Origin: Candidatus Latescibacterota bacterium
Lineage (GTDB): Bacteria; Latescibacterota; UBA2968; UBA8231
DNA length: 64,000 nucleotides
Direction: 5' to 3'
Assembly (NCBI GenBank): GCA_965208105.1
Contig: OZ242318.1
Span: 4,672,001-4,736,000, forward strand
Positions 48,840 to 57,682 of this stretch are shown here, in pieces. The position numbers and the translations under genes are program-made. The notes under the pieces were generated by a model. The model did not search any database, had not been told where the DNA came from, and worked only from the letters and a program-made list of their open reading frames with translations. How positions within the stretch are numbered: the stretch's first letter is position 1; the number at the start of each line of letters is the position of its first letter.

Positions 48840-51533
48840 ATGATACCGGATATAAAGCTATTTTACGAGCCTGGATCGAGAGATTGTGCAGAAGACCTGG
48901 CGGTCTCCGTAGCCTCCTGGAAGAGGAGAAAGCACGAGCTGATGTTCGCTGAGTCATGGGGGTTTGGTTTTGACCCACCTGGTTCGGGCGGTGGAGAAAG
49001 AATTGGAGATGGGATCGATCCTGCAATGGGCGACCGGTGGGGATTGCTGGAGCGCCATCACGGAATAAAATGGTCGGTCGGCAAAAACCATTCTGATGAA
49101 GAACTCGCTGCTCTCTTGCAGGGGGAAATTGAAGGAGGTTTTCCGGTCGCATTGAGCCTGAGCGTGGGTGAAACGAGGAAAGAATGCAGCGCCAAGGGCG
49201 ACAGGAGTTCGCCCCTCCCCTATATCCTGGCCGTGGGGTTTGATTACAGTGCCCGGACCCTGTCTTATCTGCGATACAACACCCAATGTCCCGGTGAAGG
49301 AAACGGCGAAATAGAGCATATCTCCCTCGGTGACTTCGAGGATTGGGATGGTGGTTACATGACCGTCCGACTGACGGGAAAGGACAAGTGGCAAGAGGCC
49401 GACGGGGTTGAAGTTATTGAAAGAGCCTTGGCAAGCGTCGGCAACTTCGATGAATGCAGAAGCACCGTTTCAATCCACCAATTTGCCGATGCATTGGATC
49501 GGGGCCTTGATATAGAGGCTGAAATTGCAGGCTGCACCAACTATCACCGGGTTCCATTGTTTTACAATCTGATGCGGGTTGGCCATGGGCGCTTTCAGTT
49601 CTCCAGATTGCTGCGCCTTCTGAGCATCACTGGCCACTTCCCGGAGCTTGGGGAAGCTGCTGGCCGCTTGGAGTCCCTGGGAAGACGGTGGAATCTGGTC
49701 CGCAGCCTGTTGATGAAATTGGGGATGAGGGCGAGCGATGTTCAATTGCCGGGTCGAATCAGCACGAGAGTCAGAGAACTGGCGGCGGCTGAGGAGGAAT
49801 TGGCCTCGGTCCTGCGGGAATTCGGTTTTAGGAAGAGAAGGAACCCCTTCTCGAAAATTCGTAAAAATTCTCTCGTCCCGGAACCATCCTCTTCAGGAAT
49901 TGAAATGTATCCCCGTCCTGCACTGAAGCATCCATATGTGGGCCCTCGGGACGGGAAGGAGCGCCGCCTCGTCCATATCTGGCAGGAAGTCCTTGGCGTC
50001 CGAAAGGTTGGTGTTCACGACGACTTCTTTGAGTTGGGCGGGGACTCCTTGCTGGGGATCCATGTTGTTGCCCTTGTCCGTAAGGCAGGGTTGCAACTGA
50101 CTACCGGACAGCTTTTCGAACGCCGGACAATCGCAGGATTGGCCCAGGTTGAAGGGAAGGGGACCTGGATTTGCGCTGAGCAGGATCTGGTGACAGGTCC
50201 TGTACCCATCACACCCGGTGCGCGCCGGTTCCTGGAGCATATCGGTCCCGGCAGACACCACTACAACGTGTCTGTTCTCCTGGAGACGCCAGACGGCTTC
50301 GACCCCGGACGAATGGACCAGGCCGTGCGCCATGTGGTCGCCCATCACGATGCCCTCCGATTTCGTTATTTCCATGACGGCAGGACGGGATGGCGGCAGT
50401 ACATGGCCGGGCTTGATGGGCCAAATCATTTCACCATTACAGATCTGAGCGGCATTCCCAGGGCGGGGCAAAGTGCCGCAATTGAAGAGGCTGCGGCCGA
50501 AGTACAGGCCAGCCTGAACCTGTCCCGGGGACCCTTATGCCGGGTGACCTTTTTCGATCTTGGGGATCACCGTCGCGGGCGCCTGTTATTTGTCGTACAC
50601 CACATTGCCGTGGATGGGATGTGCGAGCGCTTTCCCCTGGAGGACCTTCTTTTGGTCTACCAGCAGCTTTGCGCAGGCGATGAGGTCCGGATGCCTCCAA
50701 AGACAACCTCATTCAAGCGATGGGCAATTGGTCTGGAGAAATACGCCCGTTCGGAGGCCTTGAAGAAGGAGGCAGATTATTGGCTGAGCTTGCCCTGGGA
50801 TCAGGTGCGTCCCTTTCCCCTGGATAATGCAGAAGGAGTGAACAGCCGAGCCTCTTCATCCTTCATAGAAATTACCATATCCCCAGAAAAGACGCACACC
50901 TTACTGTCAGTTCCCAGGAAGTCGACCACCAGGGTCCACGAGGTGTTGCTGACAGCGCTCGCTCTGGCCCTCTCACGATGGACCGGATCGGATACCGTAT
51001 TGGTAGACCTGATGCATCATGGACGCGAGCCGCTTTTCGACCACATGGACCTGTCTCGCACGGTGGGCAATTTCATCTCCCATGTTCCGGTAGTACTGAA
51101 ACTGGGGAACGCATCCCCTGCTTCACAGGCGGTGGAAATGGTCAAAGAGCAACTTCGCAAAATTCCCAGGGGAGGCATCGGGTATGGTTTGCTGCGGTAT
51201 AGGTGTGGGGATACTGAGGAAAACGAAAAATTGCGAAGCTGCCCAAAGGCCGAGATCAGCTTCAACTGCCGGATTCACGGGGCTCGGACATTGCCGGCTA
51301 ATCAGGGTCATCTGGCCGCTGGATCTTTTCAACCAGCCATGGAATCCTGCGGTCCCCCTATCGCCCAGGATGCAATCAGGGGCCATCTGATCGGATTCAG
51401 AGCCGACATCATTAACGGCCGGGCAAACCTCGGCTTCACCTACAGCGCGGCGTTGCAAAGGGGATCTACGGTCGAAGCTCTGACCCATGGCTGTATGGAG
51501 GAGTTGGACTCGCTCCTCGGCCGTCTTCATTGA
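48840..51533 (+). CDS. BtrH_N-like domain, PCP and epimerization-type condensation domain fusion (no A domain)
   Basis: DCAEDL..ELMFAESWGFGF BtrH_N-like; DDFFELGGDSL PCP; HHIAVDG, PKTTSF, HGRE..LSRTVG, VKEQLRKIPRGGIGYGLLRY E-domain motifs. Confidence 0.8.
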   Translation: MIPDIKLFYEPGSRDCAEDLAVSVASWKRRKHELMFAESWGFGFDPPGSGGGERIGDGIDPAMGDRWGLLERHHGIKWSVGKNHSDEELAALLQGEIEGGFPVALSLSVGETRKECSAKGDRSSPLPYILAVGFDYSARTLSYLRYNTQCPGEGNGEIEHISLGDFEDWDGGYMTVRLTGKDKWQEADGVEVIERALASVGNFDECRSTVSIHQFADALDRGLDIEAEIAGCTNYHRVPLFYNLMRVGHGRFQFSRLLRLLSITGHFPELGEAAGRLESLGRRWNLVRSLLMKLGMRASDVQLPGRISTRVRELAAAEEELASVLREFGFRKRRNPFSKIRKNSLVPEPSSSGIEMYPRPALKHPYVGPRDGKERRLVHIWQEVLGVRKVGVHDDFFELGGDSLLGIHVVALVRKAGLQLTTGQLFERRTIAGLAQVEGKGTWICAEQDLVTGPVPITPGARRFLEHIGPGRHHYNVSVLLETPDGFDPGRMDQAVRHVVAHHDALRFRYFHDGRTGWRQYMAGLDGPNHFTITDLSGIPRAGQSAAIEEAAAEVQASLNLSRGPLCRVTFFDLGDHRRGRLLFVVHHIAVDGMCERFPLEDLLLVYQQLCAGDEVRMPPKTTSFKRWAIGLEKYARSEALKKEADYWLSLPWDQVRPFPLDNAEGVNSRASSSFIEITISPEKTHTLLSVPRKSTTRVHEVLLTALALALSRWTGSDTVLVDLMHHGREPLFDHMDLSRTVGNFISHVPVVLKLGNASPASQAVEMVKEQLRKIPRGGIGYGLLRYRCGDTEENEKLRSCPKAEISFNCRIHGARTLPANQGHLAAGSFQPAMESCGPPIAQDAIRGHLIGFRADIINGRANLGFTYSAALQRGSTVEALTHGCMEELDSLLGRLH

Positions 51534-51608
51534 ATCCCAGCGATCAGATCCCCTCGATGAGTTCAATTCAATACCTGGAGATGGTGGGTTGTCAGGTCCC
51601 CGCCCTCC

Positions 51609-52262
51609 CTACCGCATCGGCACGAAGCGCACGGCGATGAGCTCGCGGCGCTCCACCCCCTGAGGCCCCCTCTTGACCCTCACCAGGCGCTGCTGGTCGG
51701 CCCCCACCGGCATGATCAGCCGTGAGCCTGAAGCGAGCTGCTCGATCAGCGCCGGGGGGATCTCCTCCACGGCGGCCGAGCCGATGATTCCGTCGAAAGG
51801 CGCCTCCTCCTCCCAGCCCTGGGCGCCGTCCCCGGTCCGCAGGCGGATATTGCCATAGCCCAGATCCCTCAGGGTGTGCTGCGCCTTTTCGGCCAGTTCG
51901 GGGAAGAACTCGATGGAGAAAACCTGGTCCACCATCTCGGCGAGGAGGGCGGTCAGATAGCCGCAGCCGGTGCCGATCTCCAGGACCCGGCCGGGCCGCT
52001 CCACTGCGAGTTGCTGCAGCATGTAGGCGACCACGTAGGGCTGGGAGATGGTCTGCCCGCAGCCGATGGGAAGGGGATGGTCGTGGTAGGCCCGGGATCG
52101 CTCGGTAGGCGGTACGAAGAGGTGGCGCGGCACCCGGCGGAAGGCGTCCATGACCGCTGCCTGGTGGATGCCGCGTCCCCTGAGCTGGAATCGCACCATG
52201 CGCTGGCGTTGAGAGGCGAACTCTTCCGCCGATGAATCGCCGTCGGAAAAGAGAGCAAGCAT
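51609..52262 (-). CDS. pcm: Protein-L-isoaspartate O-methyltransferase
   Basis: VPRHLFVP, QTISQPY, VLEIGTGCGY, GDGAQGWEEEAPFD, VRFVPM. Confidence 0.92.
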   Translation of the reverse strand: MLALFSDGDSSAEEFASQRQRMVRFQLRGRGIHQAAVMDAFRRVPRHLFVPPTERSRAYHDHPLPIGCGQTISQPYVVAYMLQQLAVERPGRVLEIGTGCGYLTALLAEMVDQVFSIEFFPELAEKAQHTLRDLGYGNIRLRTGDGAQGWEEEAPFDGIIGSAAVEEIPPALIEQLASGSRLIMPVGADQQRLVRVKRGPQGVERRELIAVRFVPMR

Positions 52263-52465
52263 GGCAATTGGCGGGGTGGGTTGGATCGGCAAAGTCCGCT
52301 CGAGGAAGGGCAATCTCCCTTGTGCGGCCTGGGGCCGACTGGGGGCTCATCCCATCGAGGAGCATGCCTGTGAATGGAAAGGAAGGTATCGGTGGATCCT
52401 CTACCAAAGTCTACGGTCTGGCATCCTCCGTGGCAAGCACCCGGCACCGGATCGCGGGAATCACC

Positions 52466-53407
52466 TCACCTTCCCTGCAGGCATCTGGTTGATTCCTCCA
52501 GGACTGCGGCGGTGGAAAGTTCTCTCAACCTGCCGCCGGGAGCCTGAATGAAACGGGCTGCGGGGCCGCGCGGTGCCCAGATTTGGGGGTCGGTAGGCCC
52601 GAAGATGGAAACTGTCGGAGTGCCCACGGCTGCCGCTACATGCCCCGGCCCGGTGTCGTTGCCGATGAAGAGGTCGGCCCTGTCGATCAGGCCGGCCAGA
52701 TCGAGGAGGCGGGGCGGTTGCAGGAGATGGCAGTTTGGGGGGAGCCGCTCCTGCAGAGTGGCGGCGATGTCTGCTTCCGCCTCGCCGTGCAGGACCAGGA
52801 TTCGGCAACCCCGCCGTTGCAGTTGCTCCGCAAGGGCCAGGAAGCGGGCCAGCGGCCAGCACTTGCGGCGCCCGCCGCTGCCCGGGTGGAGCGCCACCAC
52901 GGGGGGCTGCAACCGGAGCTTCCGCCACAGCCGTTCGGCCCGGGCTCGGTCCTCGTCGCGTAGCCGGATCCGGGGAACAGGGTCGGGAACGGCCATTCCG
53001 TGCCGCTGCAGAGGCTGCAGCAGATGGTCGACAACGTGCAGGCGGCGTCCGGGGACGGGGCGGGGATCGCAAACGAGGCAATCCCGCCCCGTGAGTTCAC
53101 CCAACCGGGCTTCCAGGACCCCATCGGGGTCCACCGCGTAGCAGAGGACGAAGCAGGTGCCGGCGAAGAGGGCGCGGGTTGCCTCCGGGAGGGGCCTGGA
53201 ACAGGTGTAAAGCGGGAACAGGGATGCGCTGTTGTGGTCGAGAATCCGGTCGGGATGGGCCAGGCGCACGATATCCGGAGCACCCGCCAGGTGCAGGTCG
53301 GTTCCGGGGAAGGCCTGGCGCAGGGCATCGATGGCGGGAAGGGTGAGGACGAAATCGCCGCAGGCGCCGCCTCGTATCACGGTGAGGTTTGTCTGACTGC
53401 CTGACAT
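52466..53407 (-). CDS. GT9 glycosyltransferase (LPS heptosyltransferase-like)
   Basis: GACGDFVLTLP, LHPGSGGRRKCWP, GNDTGPGHVAAAVGTPTVSIFGPT. Confidence 0.88.
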   Translation of the reverse strand: MSGSQTNLTVIRGGACGDFVLTLPAIDALRQAFPGTDLHLAGAPDIVRLAHPDRILDHNSASLFPLYTCSRPLPEATRALFAGTCFVLCYAVDPDGVLEARLGELTGRDCLVCDPRPVPGRRLHVVDHLLQPLQRHGMAVPDPVPRIRLRDEDRARAERLWRKLRLQPPVVALHPGSGGRRKCWPLARFLALAEQLQRRGCRILVLHGEAEADIAATLQERLPPNCHLLQPPRLLDLAGLIDRADLFIGNDTGPGHVAAAVGTPTVSIFGPTDPQIWAPRGPAARFIQAPGGRLRELSTAAVLEESTRCLQGR

Positions 53408-53508
53408 GGATGGCCGTCCTGGGTGCGGGACTCTTGCCCTATGGAAAGGTTTTCTCTATCTTTTCTGGTTGATTTTTCACCGGAAAAGCGGATGCAGGAG
53501 TTCGAATT

Positions 53509-54129
53509 ATGACTGGATTGATCGCCAAAAAGCTGGGAATGACCCAGCTCTACAACGAGAAAGAAGACCTGATTCCGGTTACGGTGGTTGGAGCAGGTCC
53601 CTGCCCGATCGCCCAGGTCAAGACACGGGAGGACCATGGCTACACCGCCTTGCAGCTGGCCTTCGAGGAGATCCCGGCGCGCAGGGCAAACAAACCCCAG
53701 GCCGGCTATTTCGCCAAACTCGGAATCAAACCTCACCGTCTTCTGCGGGAGTTCCGTCTCGACGAGCAGGGCGACTACGAGGTGGGACAGGTGCTGGACG
53801 TGGGCCTGTTCGCCGTGGGAGACAAGGTCAAGGTCAGCGGCAAGTCCAAGGGCAAGGGGTTCGCCGGAGTAGTCAAACGTCATAACTTCCATGGCAAGAA
53901 CACCTCCCACGGCACTCCCGACCAGGTGCGCCGAGGCGGCTCGGTTGGACAGGGTACAACCCCGGGCAAGGTCTGGAAGGGCAAGAAGATGCCCGGGCAG
54001 ATGGGCAATGCCAGGGTCACCGTCAAGAACGTGTTCGTTGCCCGGGTCGACGCCGATCGCAACCTTCTCTTTCTCAAAGGTCCGGTGCCGGGAAGCGTCA
54101 ACGGGTACATAACGATTCAGAAGCTGTGA
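53509..54129 (+). CDS. rplC: 50S ribosomal protein L3 (stand-alone)
   Basis: KKLGMTQ, PVTV, GYTALQL, SKGKGFAGVVKRHNF, PGKVWKGKKMPGQMG, KGPVPG. Confidence 0.95.
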   Translation: MTGLIAKKLGMTQLYNEKEDLIPVTVVGAGPCPIAQVKTREDHGYTALQLAFEEIPARRANKPQAGYFAKLGIKPHRLLREFRLDEQGDYEVGQVLDVGLFAVGDKVKVSGKSKGKGFAGVVKRHNFHGKNTSHGTPDQVRRGGSVGQGTTPGKVWKGKKMPGQMGNARVTVKNVFVARVDADRNLLFLKGPVPGSVNGYITIQKL

Positions 54130-54156
54130 ATCCGCAGCGCGATGATCGAAGGGGAT

Positions 54157-54184
54157 AAAGCGGCCTGGAACGGGCCGCTTTTTT
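54157..54184 (+). terminator. Intrinsic terminator after rplC
   Basis: AAAGCGGCC tggaacg GGCCGCTTTTTT. Confidence 0.8.
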
Positions 54185-54198
54185 CGTGGGGTCGCCGC

Positions 54199-54598
<400 letters not shown>

Positions 54599-54891
54599 CT
54601 AGCTGGCAGAGTGGCACGGGCATGCAGAGCGGACGGCCCGTCTGGCCGGGATACACGAGCCTGACAGCTCTGTTGACGGCCCCGGACTTCGGCAGCCTGA
54701 AGCCCTCCGAGGTCTGTTCGCCCACCGGGATTCAGGTTGAGGCCGTTAGGAAAATCCTGGAGACCTGGCGGCCCAGGCGATGAGACGAAGGGGCCGCCCT
54801 CTTGCAAATTGGAGAGGCAGGGGTGAATCAGGAGGCGGCCTTAGCTACGAAGTGTCCGTGATCCTCCGGGGCGGCCTCCGATGCGCCCATC

Positions 54892-55893
54892 TCAGGAAAA
54901 TTGGTCGAGGATGAGGTCGATCCGGTCGGCCAGTGGTCTCTCCAGGCGCGGTCCGTAGCGGGATACAACCTGGGCGGCGGCATAGGATCCAAGCTTGGCC
55001 GCCGTCTCCAGGTCGAACCCGTGGGTAATGCCGAAGAGAACTCCTCCCGCAAAGGAATCGCCGGCTCCCGTGGTGTCTACGGCCCCGACCCGAACGGCGG
55101 GAATGTGGCTTCTGCGGACCCCGGCATGGACGATGGCACCCTCCGACCCGCGGGTAATGCAGGCGGAGGCGACGCGCTCGCCCAGGGCATTGCATGCCGC
55201 CTCGGAACCCTCTTCCCCGGTGAGGGCCAGGGCCTCTTCTTCGTTGCAGAACAGCAGGTCTACTCCGCTTTCGAGCAAGCGGAGGAAGCGGTCCTTGAAG
55301 ACGGTGGCCATGGAGGGATCGCTCAGGGTGAGGGATATGGCTGTTCCGTGCCGGCGGGCGAGCTTCTGGGCCAGGCAGCAGGCGTCGAAGCCTTGCTCCG
55401 AGCTCAGGAGGTAGCCTTCGAGATAAACGAATTGGCTGTTTGCAATGATTTCTTCCTGGACCTGTTGGGGGCCCATATTGCTGCTGGCGCCAAGGAAGGT
55501 GTTCAGGGTGCGGTCGGCGTCGGGGGTGATGAGAACCAGGCACTGGCCGGTTTTTCCTGGCAGGCGATTGGATGGATTGCTGGTGACACCGGCTTTCTCC
55601 AGGTCCTTCTCGTAGAAGTCACCCCATTCGTCCCCGCCCAATTGGCAGGCGTAGTGGGCACGGCCGCCAAAGCGCGCCACGGCGATCATGGTATTGGCGG
55701 CCGATCCACCGGAAGCGCGGGCGATGGGCTCTTTTCCTTCCAGGGCCTGAAAGAGCACCTGCCGGCGTTCGCTGTCGATGAGGGTCATGATGCCCTTCTC
55801 GACGCCGAGTTCAGCCAGGCATTCCGCGGATACGGTATACTGAATGTCCACGAGGGCATGACCGACACCGCAGACATCGTGCCGTCGAATCAT
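54892..55893 (-). CDS. PfkB-family carbohydrate/adenosine kinase
   Basis: KGIMTLID, GGSAANT, DADRTLNTFLG, LFCNEEEA, DTTGAGDSFAGG. Confidence 0.9.
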   Translation of the reverse strand: MIRRHDVCGVGHALVDIQYTVSAECLAELGVEKGIMTLIDSERRQVLFQALEGKEPIARASGGSAANTMIAVARFGGRAHYACQLGGDEWGDFYEKDLEKAGVTSNPSNRLPGKTGQCLVLITPDADRTLNTFLGASSNMGPQQVQEEIIANSQFVYLEGYLLSSEQGFDACCLAQKLARRHGTAISLTLSDPSMATVFKDRFLRLLESGVDLLFCNEEEALALTGEEGSEAACNALGERVASACITRGSEGAIVHAGVRRSHIPAVRVGAVDTTGAGDSFAGGVLFGITHGFDLETAAKLGSYAAAQVVSRYGPRLERPLADRIDLILDQFS

Positions 55894-56006
55894 CGCTCCC
55901 TCTCCAATGTCTTGAGGAGCGCCTGCGCAAGAGTAGAATGGAAAAGTTTGCAACCGTCGGGCAATGAATGAACCGAAAGATTTTGGGGCAAACCGGGCGA
56001 ATCCTC

Positions 56007-56035
56007 TTGATTATATTTGCAGTGGAAGTTAAGAT
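56007..56035 (+). promoter_or_regulatory. Sigma70-type promoter of infC, followed by a 5' hairpin (56042-56073)
   Basis: TTGATT-N17-TAAGAT; CGACCGG.GCCCGTA/TGCGGGC.CTGGTCG stem. Confidence 0.55.
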
Positions 56036-56154
56036 ATAGACCGACCGGCGCCCGTATGTGCGGGCACTGGTCGAATCGGGATCATGGTCCTGGGCGGCAA
56101 GGCCTTTACGGCATAGCCGCCACCCTGCAAACCCGCATACAGGAGGTAGAGAAT

Positions 56155-56676
56155 ATCGCCCCAAAGAGACCGTCGTTTACCAGGATCAATCGAGATATCC
56201 GAGTGCCGCAGATCCGCCTGCTTGATGCAGACGGTCGTCAGATCGGGATCGTCGATACTCACAAAGGTCTTGAGAGGGCCGAAGAAGCGGATCTGGATCT
56301 GGTCGAAATAGCTCCTGAGGCCAAGCCGCCGGTTTGCCGGATCATGGACTTCGGCAAGTACCGATACGACAAGGAGAAGAAAGCCAAGGAGGCGCGCAAG
56401 AAACAACACCAGGTCCAGATGAAGGGGATTCGGCTGGGGGGTCCCAATATTTCCGACCACGACATCGAATACCGCATGGGTCATATACGCGAGTTCATCG
56501 GCCATGGAAACAGGGTCAAGGTCAGTCTGCGTTTCAAGGGACGGCAAATGGCCTACAAGGAGCGCGGCCGCGAGGTCCTCGACGATCTCGCCCACAAGCT
56601 AGAGGATATTGCCATACTTGACCAGGCGCCAAGAATGGAAGGGCGCGAGATGTCCATAATTCTAAGGCCGATCTGA
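56155..56676 (+). CDS. infC: Translation initiation factor IF-3, AUC start codon
   Basis: AGGAGGT 7 nt before an in-frame ATC; RINRDIR, LDLVEIAPEAKPPVCRIMDFGKY, KVSLRFKGRQ. Confidence 0.92.
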   Translation: MAPKRPSFTRINRDIRVPQIRLLDADGRQIGIVDTHKGLERAEEADLDLVEIAPEAKPPVCRIMDFGKYRYDKEKKAKEARKKQHQVQMKGIRLGGPNISDHDIEYRMGHIREFIGHGNRVKVSLRFKGRQMAYKERGREVLDDLAHKLEDIAILDQAPRMEGREMSIILRPI

Positions 56677-56855
56677 AACCCTCTATAAATCCGGTCTCCG
56701 CCACCTGCGAGCGCGTCGCGGGAACCATGTGCGCCGGTCGGCCCTCCTGGCCATCCTCGACGGACCGGCAGAAATCAATATCGGTACCATCCTGGCCCAC
56801 CCTTCCCCGGGTTGGCCATTTCTGGTTCAGTGGAATTTCAGGCAGTTGGGAGGAG

Positions 56856-57197
56856 TTAGAACCGGGGAGCAGGGGATTGTCCGGCGTCCTCTCCGAGATC
56901 GATGGTCGGGGAGGTCGATTCGCCTTCCAGCCGCCGGGTAACATTGTCGAGGCACTGGTCGGTTCTGGTTAGCAGATTATCCTTTTTCCTTCGTTCTTCC
57001 AGGACTTTCTCGGCGATATTCAGAGCTGCGAGCACGGCTACATCCAGCGGCGGAATCGTGGCCGTGGCGGATACTTCGCGCATCTTCGAGTCCAAGTATG
57101 CTGCAACTCTCTTTATATGGGCGGGATCCACTCCCTCGTTGCTCAAGGGGTAGGTCTGGTCGTATATCTTGACCTTGACAATTTTGTCCCGGGACAT
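56856..57197 (-). CDS. zapA: Cell division protein ZapA
   Basis: VKVKIYDQTY, VAAYLDSKM, VAVLAALNIAE. Confidence 0.88.
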   Translation of the reverse strand: MSRDKIVKVKIYDQTYPLSNEGVDPAHIKRVAAYLDSKMREVSATATIPPLDVAVLAALNIAEKVLEERRKKDNLLTRTDQCLDNVTRRLEGESTSPTIDLGEDAGQSPAPRF

Positions 57198-57225
57198 GAA
57201 TGCGGCAGGGGTGGGTGATGTGGGG

Positions 57226-57270
57226 AAAAAAATGGGGACTTCCGAGATCTCCCCTTCTCCCGGAAGTCCC
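57226..57270 (-). terminator. Terminator-like hairpin plus U7 in the zapA 5' leader
   Basis: GGGACTTCCG/CGGAAGTCCC 10-bp stem; CA-T7 follows on the minus strand. Confidence 0.6.
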
Positions 57271-57297
57271 TCTTCTGCGCGCTAACCACGTGGTTAG

Positions 57298-57343
57298 AGA
57301 CAAGATATTGTGGAGAGAAATATTTGTCAACAACATATTGATA
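57298..57343 (-). promoter_or_regulatory. zapA sigma70 promoter overlapped by two NrdR-box-like sites
   Basis: Minus strand TTGACA(57330-57325)-N17-TATCTT(57307-57302); AGACAAGATATTGTGG and CAACAACATATTGATA 30 bp apart. Confidence 0.55.
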
Positions 57344-57682
57344 TATTTTGCAATTTTGTTTGGAACAAACTTGGCGCCAAAAGATTGGGTGATTCACAGG
57401 ACAATCTGTGCTAAGTTGAGGTGTTTAACGGCTTCTCCCAGTATAGATCACATCGTGGAGAACAATCAATCCCGAGATCAAAGCGCAGGGGACTGGCCAA
57501 CCAGGCAGGGAATTGCCTGCCTGGGGGAGTTTTTCGCAGTGAAACGAGACAATTATGGACCTTTCAAGCTGGCCGGGACAGTTGCCCATCCGGCTTTGCA
57601 TTGCAGGTGAAATCAAGGGTTTGGCCCGGGCTGCAACAGAGGTCCGGGCGGGTCCAGTATTGAGAGGCAGGAGGTAGGCGCA

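Noticed and set aside
51609-52262. pcm as an aspartimide-forming RiPP methyltransferase for the adjacent cluster
   Set aside because: Canonical short PIMT without a C-terminal extension, on the opposite strand, with host-like GC; most likely housekeeping
54600-54890. Possible ncRNA (RNase P, tmRNA, SRP) between hinT and the PfkB gene
   Set aside because: CCCGGACTT resembles antisense RNase P P4, but GAGGAAAGUCC and the other conserved elements are absent; no tmRNA ends
56677-56855. 6S RNA downstream of zapA
   Set aside because: The position is typical and some pairing exists, but I could not see the 6S central bubble consensus; needs an Infernal search
57290-57420. AT-rich tract as replication origin
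   Set aside because: Only degenerate DnaA-box-like words and no dnaA/dnaN nearby; better explained as divergent promoters
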